A stretch of 64,000 bases of DNA from Glycera tridactyla (lineage: Eukaryota), in assembly GCA_965644265.1 (NCBI GenBank), contig OZ286474.1, positions 23,560,001 through 23,624,000 of the forward strand, in the 5' to 3' direction. Within the stretch, counting starts at the first letter, position 1; each line of letters opens with the position of its first letter. The position numbers and the translations under genes are program-made. Below the pieces are notes generated by a model, which worked only from the letters and a program-made list of their open reading frames with translations, did not search any database and was not told where the DNA came from. This document shows positions 10,386 to 22,830 of this stretch, piece after piece.

Positions 10386-11707
10386 TATGTATGGACTGTG
10401 GTGGCTTGAAAGGTCATCACCAATGAGCTTCTGAGAACACCAGGGATTGGCAAGACTAAGTGAATGCAGGAATATGTATGCCAAACTAAAGATGAAATGA
10501 AACGCTGTGGAACTACTTGATGATTGTACTCAGAAAAGTAAATCTGAGCCTTGTGTGACGTGTCCCTGGAGTTCTAACTTGATGCACCGTACCTGGCCTA
10601 GCCCATATACATGCATTCTGTCGATACTATATCTATGCCTGAAATCATATTATGGGGAAGACTGAAAAAAGGTTCTGCAGAAACACAAAACGAAACTCCA
10701 TGGAGCATGCTAAGTGTGCTGTTAACCAGGGAGGTAAATCATGATTGTTTCATCTTTTGAGTTAGGAGATATCGCATATGAACACTGGTGATTGATCCAG
10801 GTAATAAGTAAGTCAAGGAACCACCGAAAGATCGGCTAACAAGTGATCCAGTAATTTCAGACAGAGTTATGATAAGTTAGATTTGGTGACGTTTGGCAAG
10901 AATAGGTGACCTGCCCCCAAAGTTCAAAGGCTTACAACAGAAGAGGTGAATCTAGTATGGTTTAGATTCGGTGACGTTTCGCAAGAATAGGTTGAAAGGC
11001 TCACAACAATAGAGGTAAATCTATCATGTATGCCACAAGGTTGAAGTCGTTTCCAACAAAATTAGGATATAAATTGTACTGCCTCATTGTAATGTCTCCA
11101 ATCATCAGTTGTTCAATTAACACTTGAATTTCAGATGAAAGAACTTGATCGAGTCTGTTTCACGATATGAATTCGCATAGTAGTCTGATCAATTGCAATC
11201 CGAGAGCCAGGTACTTTTTATCCATGGTCATGAGCTACTTATCAAGATTTATATATTCAGACCTTTTACAAACTACATAATGAATATCACTGCTATGTTA
11301 TATAATAGATTTACGTAGTGAATATAGTATTTTGTTTTCTTCCATCATTTCATGTGATGTTAGTTCATTCAGACATATGACGCCTTGACATGCACAAGTG
11401 CTGCAGTTTTGTAACCGAAAGTATGCATCTTTTCATTGATATTTTGTGGTTTGGGGATTTCATATGCTAATTACAAATTGAAAATTGAGGTTTCCTCAGT
11501 GTTGTTTATTTCTCTGTATTCTAAAATAATATTGAGCTTGAAGTGAAATTCAAAATTATACATTGCCTAAATCGCCTTAACTCTGTCAAAGGCAATATTG
11601 CATGACTATACTGTGAATATGTGTCCTTATGAAATATTTGCATCAGTTGCATATTCTGGGCATCTCCTGTGGCTTATAGTAGAGAAATGACAAGGACAAG
11701 ATGAATA

Positions 11708-11884
11708 CAGTCGAACCTGCTCTAAAGACCACCTCTCTATAAAGACCACCTCTCTATAAAGACCACCTGAGCTGCGACCGTGGTAGTATTTTCAACAGTA
11801 AATGACCTCTCTATAAAGACCACCTGCCCATAAAGACCACTTTTTGATGCAACCGAAGGCGGTCTTTATAGACAGGTTCGACTG
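11708..11884. mobile_element. Tc1/mariner-type MITE, 177 bp
   Basis: TIR CAGTCGAACCTG...CAGGTTCGACTG, TA on both sides, internal AAAGACCACC repeats. Same family as 59785-59956 and a partial end near 32800-32830. Confidence 0.85.
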
Positions 11885-12166
11885 TATTTGGTTGGTTGGT
11901 TGTTCAGTAGTTTGGTTGTCGCGACAGTGTCACATGGGTTATATTGAGGTGGATTCACCGAGATTCTTCCTCCAATGGAAGGCAGGACTTTATTTATGAA
12001 ATTCACCCACATTGGGAGAGTCATCAATGCTAGTATGGGAAGCATTTACAGGTATGTTGCAATAAAGCCATGTGGTTTCCATGTCAGGCTGACGGTGTGG
12101 GTACTTAAATCATTCCGTAACACTGCCTGATGCCAAATCAACATGTACTACCTAGATGTTCAGGTG

Positions 12167-12202
12167 TATAAAAGATGCAGCCTATCCTTCGACCATCACT
12201 CT
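12167..12202 (+). promoter_or_regulatory. Core promoter of paralogue A (TATA + initiator)
   Basis: TATAAAAG at 12167-12174 and Inr-like TCACTCT with its A at 12198, 31 bp downstream. The same spacing is conserved upstream of paralogue B. Confidence 0.8.
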
Positions 12203-12266
12203 GCCTCTGGTGCTCGCGGAAGAAACAGCATCTCGGAGCCTCGTGTCATCCTTCATCACTGAAACC

Positions 12267-12648
12267 ATGAAGACTCTTGCTGCGGTGACATTCGCCTGTG
12301 TGATGGCCCTGACTTTGGCCACTTATGGTCATTACTATGGCGGATATTATTACCATGACTACTATGGACATTATCCAGGTGAGTTACCAAAGAATGGAAG
12401 TGTTTTGGTTTGGAATTCTCATGACTGAAGTCGGTATTCACAATTCCTATATGTGTACTTGCTGACTGAGAAGTCAGCCTACTGGTAGGTTGAATTGATC
12501 TTTGGATGGATGGTAATTTGGTTGGCTGACTGGCGAGTGATTCGGCTGTTTGTTTGACTGGCTGGCTGTTTTGTAGACAGGCTGACTGATTGAATGGATG
12601 TTTGCTTGGCTGTTTGATTGATTGATTGGTTGACTGATGACTGGTTGG

Positions 12649-12689
<41 letters not shown>

Positions 12690-12914
12690 AAACTAGTATA
12701 CTGGATAAAAACTAATTCACGACATTGGCTTGTAGGCTACTGTCCTCGTGATGGCCTCTACACATTTGATGACTACAGCATTCACTTCTGCTCTGGTGGA
12801 GTACCTACTGTACAGCACTGCGCTCCAGGTACCAAGCACTCATATGGCCACACCCACCGTGGCTATGCTTTCTGTGATGTCAACCTCAATGACCTAAACC
12901 TGGTTCTGCACTAA
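12267..12914 (+). CDS. Secreted 96-aa Tyr/Gly/His-rich peptide with a 4-Cys peritrophin-like domain, paralogue A (coding exons 12267-12378 and 12736-12914)
   Basis: GAAACCATG start; signal-like MKTLAAVTFACVMALTLA; phase-1 intron GTGAGT (12379) to TTGTAG (12735). Spliced product: MKTLAAVTFACVMALTLATYGHYYGGYYYHDYYGHYPGYCPRDGLYTFDDYSIHFCSGGVPTVQHCAPGTKHSYGHTHRGYAFCDVNLNDLNLVLH*. The same structure is conserved in paralogue B. Confidence 0.9.
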
Positions 12915-13778
12915 ATCAGTGGACAGCCCTATATCATGGTAACGTGAGTATTACCTTGCCATATCTCCATCAAATATATTATCAAATTAAGAGCCTCAGA
13001 GCACATTTTGAGAGCAGCATATGGAGAAGACAAAAGTCATTGTACATTTCAGGGATGATAACAATGCACTAGCAATGCTATACTTTTAGCTGCTCGGCGT
13101 GTCCATTGATTGATTGCGTAGAGCTCAACCTCTCTTCAACACAGGCGGGATTATTCGAAAGTGAAGTCAATGTTGGTTCTAAAATATATAGTGTGAAAAT
13201 ATTGAACTGAAAATATAATTTTAAACCAGTTTAACCCATCATACTAGTAGTCATCTTGCCCGTCATCACCAAGATATACAGTGCTGCACGACTTTACAAA
13301 TTGGTTGGTTGGTAGGTAAGTTGTTTTTGTTATGTCCTGAGAGTATCATCTTGGCTATATTGAGACCCGCCCATGTGATGGGAATGGGTGGAATCATCCA
13401 CTCCTCCTTCATGGTTAGTTGGTTGGTTCTGGTTTGATGTCACGTCAGCGCCATATGTGAAATATTGTGACACACATATAATGGGGATGGGAGGAATCAT
13501 CCACGACTCTTTCTTCTATGACCTCAATGGGTGAAAATCTATGAATTCGCAAACTCTCGAGATGTCACATCTAAATACAAGTTTCCCAAATCCACCCAAT
13601 AGATTCAGTGGACACATTTAATGATAGCATTGAGATCATCTCAATTTCTCTCCCACTTAGTTCACATTGTGTCCTCTTTTTCCACCAAAACACGGATCTG
13701 GGTTATCTCATTGCTTCTATCAAATGCAGTTTTCCTGACTTACACCATCCAATATATGTGCCTGCATTATGATTTCAG

Positions 13779-13990
13779 TCATTTCTCGTGAGAATGGACA
13801 TGTCATCACTATCGACCTTGTCACAGCTCATAGAGTAGCTCCCACCCATGGTGATGCAGATTTTCAAGTGGGACAAGGAGGCAGGGGATCGTGGAAATGA
13901 GGGATCATTCAGACTCGTGTGATTCTGGTCTGTTCCGGGCGAAATTTATCTGTATATAGCAAAATAAAGCAACTTTATTGCATCAAATCT
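13779..13990 (+). other. Candidate non-coding terminal (3'UTR) exon of paralogue A
   Basis: Donor GTGAGT at 12944, 29 nt after the stop; acceptor TTTCAG ending at 13778; AATAAA at 13963-13968. Confidence 0.45.
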
Positions 13991-14534
13991 TATCTCACTT
14001 TTGTTTGATTCCTGTCGTCTTGTGTGTTCTCATTGGTGTCAACAGCAAACCCAAAGTAATATGGTTATCAGCTATCAAACTGTAGGTCATTATCAGAAGT
14101 GCTGTATCAAATACGAATTTGAATTTAACGTCTTTTCAACCTCCTTGGGTCGAATCGGACTGAAATACTGAAAATGCTTAAGAAAGTGGGTAACTTTGTC
14201 AAGGACAATCTTCATCTCATTGTGAAGGACGGCATTGTTTCTCTTACATGCATACAGGAAGCCTCTCATAAACATGACCAACCTCTGATACCAAGGTCGG
14301 CATGCACTGGGTTAGCATGCATACAATTCATATTCGTTCAAATACTCCCAATTCATGCAAATAATCGAATATGACAGGTGGATCAACTTCAATGGAAAGT
14401 ATTTTGCACACACTAAGGATCGCCTCTTTCTTTCAAAAGTAGCTGGTGTCCTGGCCATATTATGACGCAAATGCAATGGGCATGGGTGTAAATCACTCAA
14501 GACTCCTCCGTCTGGGTCCCAAACAGAAGGTGAG

Positions 14535-14870
14535 CATACTGGTGTTCTTGTCCTTGTTTAGCAGCATTGGCATACGAACCTGTAGTTCGTAGTTTGGGCT
14601 GTTGAAGTCCCTCTAGTCTCCTCGCTTCCTTGAAGGATACTCCTTCCATGGCATTTTTCTTTTCGATCTGATGTTCTCTCTACCAAATAGGACATCTTTT
14701 ATCACGGAATACGTCTTCATCTGCGCAGTCGACACAACAAATATCATTCTGACATAATGCTTCTTCATGATCAACACTATTGCATCGTCCATATCTCTAT
14801 ATGCCCCTGTATGTTTTTAATATGGCGAAACTTTTGGCAATGATAGCATCTTAGAGGATTTGAGATGTTG
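14535..14870 (-). mobile_element. I-clade LINE ORF1 (gag-like) C-terminal half, degraded
   Basis: Minus strand NPLRCYHCQKFRH, then after a frameshift GRCNSVDHEEALCQNDICCVDC...RDKRCPIW*REHQIEKKNAMEGVSFKEARRL: remnants of three CCHC-type knuckles followed by the SFxEAR motif typical of I-group ORF1. Confidence 0.75.
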
Positions 14871-17415
14871 TCAGGTTTACTCATATCGTTGGCTTGGAAC
14901 CAGAAGGTGCTATCTCACCTTTTTAATATTTTGAGATATTGCAGTTTAAATGTTTCTTGAGGACATCACACTTGACTTGCAAATATTATTCAAGAATTGT
15001 TCAGAATACTTGACAGGCCCTCACAAGTACTTTATCAGCAGGGAAAGTCAGTTTGAAAATATTTCCTTATAAGGGCATTATACCCCAAAAATGAGATAGC
15101 ACCTTCTGGTTCTCAAGGTATCGGGCAAACACTTTGGAACCAGAAGGTGCTATCTCATACCGATGATTTTTCTCCAAGCAATAGAAGTATCAAAGACCGT
15201 CCATACACTTCCTATATTCACATAATGAATGTACTGCCCCATATTTATTTTTTACATAGTCACCTGAAAGAATTCAGATGGTTGCCATGGCAACCTTGTT
15301 CACATATTTAGATGTATACAAATACACACCATCCCATACATTTGGGATGATATGACCATAAGTTAGACATTCATGCTGCTCACATTCATTGGACTTGCAC
15401 CACATCAGATCAATATACATCATTTCCATGTTATTTCAAGAAGTTAGGTGAAGTACCCGTCAAGAATATGGGAGTGAATTTAATATTGCTATCACCATGG
15501 CAACCATTTCAAATCAGATTAGACCATGTGGCAAATTGGATATGAACAAATATCTGTTTACACTAGAGGGCAAACAAGTGTTTTGAATCGATGATAGATG
15601 ATACATCATACATCTTTCAATGCAGATTTAAATACCATTGCAAATAAAAGCCCCAAATGGTTACCATGGTAACCAAACAAAGATGGTAGCAACAGCTCAC
15701 GTGTCCAACAGATGAGATGAAACTTAAGGATATATTATTACAAGACACACCTTTGATGTTTCAAAATTTCTTTGAAACAGCTGGTATTCAAACTCAAATT
15801 TTTCACCACAGAATCAGCAATCAACCACTGGTCACACTGCCATGTCTTCTAAGTATGTTGATCACTTGGAAGTGAAGCAGTCCGCATGGTAACCATAGTT
15901 TCATACTATAGTAAGGCCTTGAGAGGGTGAATTCATCTGGGTGAGCAAATGTGTGGATCTTTCTAAGGTATCACCTGGTCATCAATCCAGAAGATGCTAA
16001 AATACTGGTTGAACTTTTACCTGAACCTGCTGCCCATCATATGTTCATCAAATAGGAATGAAAGGTTGTTGATGCATATCTACTCGAAGGAAGGTCTGTG
16101 AATGATACATTGAACTGGGTGGTTGTCATTGGACACTGCTAATATCTTGATAATTTAAAGGAGACAATGGTGAGATAGTTCTTCATGGACTGAAGATGGA
16201 GCTAGAGTGCTGGTGCCTCATTAATGCCTAGTTGTTGAATGCATCTTGTGATTAGTGTTGATTGCACAATGAATACATTTAGATGGACAAAACCATATAA
16301 TACAAAAGACATGAGATATCCAAAATGCCAAACTAAAAAAAAAAAAAAGTGAGTGGTATGGTCTGATGCAGTCCCTATCTATCCAAGAAATTCATTCTCT
16401 CACTGCTGACAATCTTGATTGATTGATTATTTGTCTCAGCTGTCAGAATCATACTGAGTCATGTAATAGTGGCATGATACTTGGACTGAATTCACAGTTC
16501 TGATATATGGATGCAAATGAGAAACCTCTCTGGGACTATCAAATCTAAAAGTAAATTTTGCAGCACATTTTTGTACCATACGCTTACTGGCCAATCCATC
16601 ATCTGAATTCATGGGACTTCAATTCAAAAACAGCTCAAGCTATTCTCCATAAGATAGTTATCAAAAACGAAACTTCATAGTCAAATGGTTGATGTATCAT
16701 AGGGACTAGTTCATGAGTTATGCATAACTCCCCACTGTTGTTATCTGCTCCTATTAGATCACCAATACTGGAATCATGAAAAATGAATTATTGACTCCAT
16801 AGTCAGTATCAGCAGTGGTCAAAATGTATTAAAAAAGTACAAGCCTACTCATTCAGTATACCTATAGCTTGCCTATTATTCCCAAAAAATTGATGTGAGC
16901 TCCTCGGATGAAAATTAATATGGATAAATCATCTTGTAGTATAAACAGTTGATTGTTGCAAGATATTTATGAGGAAACATGTCCTAGTAACCTACATCCT
17001 GAATAGCAGAGATTGAGCAAACCCTCAATTTCATACATTCCATCACATGAATATAACAGCTCAATGAATATATTCTTTGATTCACAGAGCTGTATAAGAC
17101 AATATTTGATCATTGTTATGTACAGCGATTCTTCATTGCAATGTCCACACATATCTAGGAAGTGTATGCAATGTGATCTCCAAAAAAGCAAAAAATGGAC
17201 AATCATCTCAATGCTGATGCATAGGTTTGATTGATATGGTACAAAATCATGCTTTTTACCTCGTCTCAATGAAGTCATGTTGAAGTCCCTTTGCTCAGCA
17301 ACTAGAGGGCCTAGCTCCATGTAATTGGGCACACATATACTTGAGTACATTTACAAATGAATCCAGCCATCATCGAGGTGCCATCTCAATGTTCTGCTTG
17401 ATTGATTACGGGTTG

Positions 17416-17920
17416 ATTTGTTTGTTTGTTTGTTTGAGGCCTAACGGCATGTATCAACCCACAGGATTATGTATGCCGTGTGTTCCTGATTAATGAAAGC
17501 TAGATGGTCTCTCCCCTGCAGACATCACTCTCACAAACCCTAAACACAAGATGATGGGGAACCTGAAAGGTTGTCAAGTGAAAGTAGCTGATGGTTCAGA
17601 CATACCCCTACCAACTCTCACTTGAAACAAGGAAAAGCATTAGGTTCGGAGAATACTCAAACAATGTCTTCAATTATGGACTGTCAACTTCAAACCAGCT
17701 TTACAATCATGGCTTGCCCTATGCTTGCAGTACAATGCCATCACACAACCTAGTAAACCTAGTCGCAGCCCTAGTAACCCAGAACTGGTGTGCCTGGTAC
17801 CCACGTTTTGCAAAGTGACAATATCTGCTACAGGCAAACCATCAGCCACCTACACCTGAGACCATTTCACTGAAGAAATAAGAAATAGCTTAGAGGGGTA
17901 GGAAAGAGGTCAAGAAAAAG
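17416..17920 (-). mobile_element. 5'-truncated LINE 3'-end, family C
   Basis: About 500 bp similar to 36999-37617 (TAACGGCATGTATCAACCCACAGGATTAT.TATGCCGTGTGTTCC...), with a (GTTT)n tail at the left end. Confidence 0.75.
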
Positions 17921-19224
17921 AAATCTGGTGATAGTGCAATTTTGGTAGAAAATGCCTAAAGATAGATGATAGAAAATTTTAAAGGTATGTTTTCATTCAA
18001 CCCTCCATTCCAAAAGATATTGAGAAGAAGAGAAGGGATGATGCTACACCTAGGCCACATCATCCCCGATGGCAACACTTCAGAGTAAATGTCCCGCACC
18101 CATTGGTGGCTGCCATCTATAGAGACCCTGGACTCCCACCCTACCCACATTTCGGGTTGAAACTTGTGTTTTCTGAAATGATTGGACTCTGTCATAGGGG
18201 GCAATGTTGAAGTCATGTTAAAGTCACATTGCTCAGCAACTAGAGTGCCCAGTGAAATTTGGCATGCATATACTTCAGTACATCTACTAATGAATCCAGC
18301 TATCATCAAGGTAGTATCCCAGTGTTCTGCTTGATTAATTCTGGGATGGAAATTAGGTTTTTTGAAGTGATGGGACTTAGCCATCTGTGAGCTATTTCTG
18401 ATGATCCAATTTATTCATGTTCAGTTTGCAGTTGATTCTCCACATGTTTCTTTATCCCCTGTGATTGTATATCGCCAATTAAAGACTGGTATGTGAGAGA
18501 TTGGGGCAAAAAAATCACTTTTTTGAAATTAATGAACTTAGTCATTTCTGATGAGTTTTGTAGTACCCAGCCACCCCAAACTTGATACAGAGGGATCTCA
18601 TGGATGGGGTCTCCCAACAGGCCTGGTTGGTTTTGTCGCTGGCAGCTGTGCATGCAGTAAAACAATAATAGAAGTAATGAGCATAAATCTGGTCCATATT
18701 TGGTCATATTCAACTGGTACCATCATAATTATCAACAACAATCAGAGATTTGTATGGTACTTTTGGATATTCTGCAAAATTGTAACACTCCTCCATGGCT
18801 CCCCTAGTGGATGATACATCACACCAGCAAACAAATATGCATGCATGCACAAATCAAGTATTTACATTTCTTCGGGTGTCTCACAGTTCATACATGAAAT
18901 CTAGATCTTTACAAACATGTGAATCTAGACTACCACATATATGGTTCTCATCCATGGGGGATATTATGGCATGTATCCACTATTCTCTTATAAATCATCA
19001 TGACATACATATGTGGTGAAAGGCTGACATACACATGTATACATATTAAGTTTTTCAAATAGATTAGTCAAGTTGGCAAGTGCTTGTGCATTGAGCACAA
19101 CCAAGACAACTTATTCACATTGGGACTATTTCAACCTCTCAGTGCTGAAAACATCATCTGACTGACTGGCAAAGATAGATGGAATGATGGAATTACTGCT
19201 CCTCATGAACATATTTCAAGTCAC

Positions 19225-19470
19225 TAATCAAGTCTCCCCCCTGATGGGGGAGACATATAGAATTCATATTGTCCATCTGTCTGTCTCTCCGTCTGTCTGT
19301 CTGTCTGTCACAAAACCTTGTGAGCACGATTACAGAAAAACTACTCATCCGAATTGGATGAAATTTGGAGGGCATATCCCTTGGGATAGTCCAATGAACT
19401 GAATAGATTTTGGTCCATGTGACATAATTTTCAAGATCACCAGAGGCCCAAATTTCACCAAAGAGGTAGC
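19225..19470 (+). mobile_element. HINE/DINE-like repeat
   Basis: GTCTCCCCCCTGATGGGGGAGAC hairpin at the start, a (CTGT)n microsatellite, then a GAAATTTGG core. Related GGTCAAAGGTCAAGGTCAC cores occur near 20255-20275. Confidence 0.55.
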
Positions 19471-19654
19471 AACCTTAATTGAACTCAGTCTCTATTGTGA
19501 CCTTCCTGAAATGAACTACTTCTGTTGCCTCTCCATTAATGGTTATGTAAGATTCTTCCGGTCATTCAATGCTCCTTGGTCATGCTTCAATGACTTCTCG
19601 TTCATTTCATCTCCTCTCTCTCCTCAAACGAAAGCCCAAACTTAATTAACCTCC

Positions 19655-19708
<54 letters not shown>

Positions 19709-20950
19709 ACGCATGTACATGCTCCATGTTGCTATGTGTGAATACCCCATGGCTACCATACTTGTGATATTGGTATCCAATTGCTGTTAGCAATTTGAGA
19801 GTGATGGCTACTTCTACCCCCTGTTGGTTGGGTGGGTGAAAGAAATGATGTTTCCCGGACAATAACTTCATGAATTTCAGGGCTAGCTCTCTCAAACTTT
19901 GTGTACCTCCTTTCCTAGACTATGGATTCACATCTTGAATTTCAAGGTCACTGGGTGCAAAATGGTTTCTGGACAATAACTTCATGAGTTTCGGGGTAGC
20001 CTTCTCATACTTGGTGTTCAGCCTCTCATAGACTATGGCAACACACCCATCGATTTTTCAGTGGCCAGCTTCAATTTCAAGGACACTTAATGGAAAAAAG
20101 GTCAAAAGAGTTTCTGGACAATCACTTCATTAATTACAGGGGTGGCTTTGAAAAAATTGGTGTACAGACATTCCCAGGCTATGGCAAGATTTTGGGGTTG
20201 CCATCTCAGTGTGCATCTACAGGCTAGTGGTGATACACTGGTATGGTGCCAAAAGGTCAAAGGTCAAGGTCACAGGAGCTATTTTCAGAATTTGAGAATA
20301 TGGACAAATCTCACTTGATGAATTGTTCTAGTTTCCTGGATCACTGATCAAGATCCGATCTAGAGCTTCCCTTGTCAGCAAGATTCCACTCAAACCCCTG
20401 ACCCAAATTCAACTGAACTTCTCTGATGCCTAGTAGGCATATTCTCGAGGACAAATCCTACACAAAGAGAGCCCCCCCCCCCCCGTGCCCCAGTACACCT
20501 CATACCCCAGGACACATTTTCATACTCATGACTAGGTATACTACATCATTGGTCACTCAAAGGGTAGTTGTCAACCAATAATGTCTAGCTTTTCAGCGGG
20601 CATGCTCACTTGAAGATGAATAAGCAAGCAGGTGGACCCAGGCATGTATTCAGGTAGTGAATAATCACAAAGTCTGGGGGAGACATATTGAGTGAGGAGG
20701 TGCCTCACTAAAATTCTAGTTTGACCTTTCACGGTCAGTTCAAGGTTACTGAAAATGATATAATATCGAGTGATCAAATTGGTACTTGGATTTACATCCT
20801 CATTTTCATCAACTACACATGTTGTCCTTCACATCCAATACCTTCGAACTTCAAAAGAGAGGCAAGCAACTACTTTATATATTTCAGTGATTATTAACCC
20901 TGACCTTGAGATGAATATATGACCTTGATCCTTATATATGAGCTTGATCC

Positions 20951-21664
20951 TTGACAACGATTTCCAGCCAATATCTATCCGAAAACTTGACGAACAGATA
21001 CTTTGATCGCCCTGATAACTTGATTCTTTGCCAATGCAGATCCTAGGACCACCGAAATGTTAAAATGCCATAAAATGCCAAAATCTGACTACTTTCCCTA
21101 GAAAATCATCGGTTACCATAGCAACCACCATCCTATGACATCAACCTTGAATCTAACATGTTGCCAATGTTCACCCATGGAGTTGTGGATCATTCAATCA
21201 GTGAAATAGTATGGAATTATTATTTGATTATCAAAAGAGTGTAAAAATATTGCCCAATTTGCTATTTCCAATACTTCAGAAATTGGATTTGTTGCCATGG
21301 AAATCATGATTATTGACAACGATTTCCAGCCAATATCTATCTGACAACTCGATGAACAGATACTTTGATCGCCCTGTTAACTTGATTCTTTGCCAATACA
21401 GATCCTAGGACCACCTAATCGTAAAAATGCCATAAAATGCCAAAATCTGACCATTTTCCCTAAAATATCATCGGTTACCATAACAACCACCATCCTATGA
21501 CATCAACCTTGAATCTAACATGTTGCCAATGTTCACCCATGGAGTTGTAGATCATTCAATCAGTGAAAAAGTATAGAATTATTATTTGATTATCAAAAGA
21601 GTGTGAAAATATTGCCCAATTTGCTATTTCCTATACTTCGGAAATTGGATTGGTTGCCATGGAA
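20951..21664. repeat. Tandem duplication, two copies of about 362 bp
   Basis: Copies start TTGACAACGATTTCCAGCC at 20951 and 21313 and align throughout with scattered substitutions. Confidence 0.92.
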
Positions 21665-22314
21665 ACCAACAAATTGAAAGAATAGTTTGCTACATTTGAA
21701 GTCAGCTTGGTAAATTCCACTATTTGCCGATTATTGGGAATGATTTCCAAGATCTGATGAATATCATAGGTGAAGCAGCTTGGTCAGAATGTTGAATTCA
21801 GTCTAATATAGAAAAATTCACAATATTGGGATGACTGAGCTTATTCATGCTGCCTGGTTGCCATGGTAATGGCATGTAATTTTTTCTGGGATCTTGATCC
21901 TTTCAAAAAGTGGCTAAAATACTTGTTCCTCAAAAGTTGACTAATCAATTTCCTCTCTCTATCAATTTAGACACAATTGATCATGTTGGAAAATGCTAAT
22001 ATTATAAGAGTTGAGATAGCACCTTCTGGTTCTGAAGATGTTGAGATAGCACCTTCTGGTTCTCAAGTAAATAGTGAACATTGAGATAGCACCTTCCGGA
22101 ATGATCACCATAGCAACAGAAATAATTGAGATGGAGATTTGCGATCCAACGACAAAATACAGGTTGGTCAACAGCATCATAATCTGCCAAAAAGTCATTT
22201 TCGAAAAAATAGTCAGATAGCACCTTCTGGTTCTCGGCCGACGATATAAGCCACAAGGATTTTTGTGGTAGTCGGGGGGGGGGGGGGGGGGGGGGGGCAA
22301 ATGTCATCATGCAG

Positions 22315-22830
22315 TAGTGTGTTTTAATGTATTAATTCCTCATTTCCTTTTCTTTTGAATCACTTGATATAAATAATGCTATCCTTCTTCAGATTTTCTT
22401 TCAGTATGTCTTCCTCTGACGTGTTTTCCACCTCGGGGTATTCGATATTCCATGACTTGATCGATGAGGGCATAATTTCATGGGGGTGATATCCACCCTA
22501 GACCGCTTTCTGCAAGAATTTGCAGTCTTCTGAAAGAACAGGTTGTCTGAAATCAAGTGGGTCAAACTTCATGACTTCATGATAGTAAGACAGGAAGACA
22601 AAATAAGACAATATAATTGTTTCATCTGTTAGCTCATTTGGGTTCGATGTCCCTCCGGACTTATGTCTGTTCCGTTGCTTTCATGATCCTATTTCTTTTA
22701 TCTACCACCAGAATTGCCCACCTTCCGGCATTTTCTCACCATGCCTACATTTTGGCTTCAATCCCGAGGAAATATTCTTTGGTCAGGATATCACGAGCGT
22801 CAAAGTCAATATTAGACCACAAATAGGGCA
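22315..22830 (-). mobile_element. I-clade LINE ORF1 N-terminal half, degraded
   Basis: Minus strand ...HEIMPSSIKSWNIEYPEVENTSEEDILKENLKKDSIIYIK*FKRKGNEELI. This resembles the pre-knuckle segment (xEEEILxxLKxQGVxxVxRxxxKxxGE) that in I-group ORF1 precedes the PNPLRCxxCQ knuckle found at 14870. Confidence 0.6.

Larger units (their letters stand above)
14876..22308. mobile_element. Composite ~7.4-kb insertion with inverted terminal similarity, probably a decayed DNA transposon carrying nested repeats
   Basis: It interrupts the LINE ORF1 between 14870 and about 22315. Motif GAGATAGCACCTTCTGGTT is reversed at 14898-14916 and forward at 22013 and 22043 (variants at 22083 and 22215), and the inverted match extends to ...GCC(A/G)ACGATAT. 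No TSD found. Confidence 0.55.
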
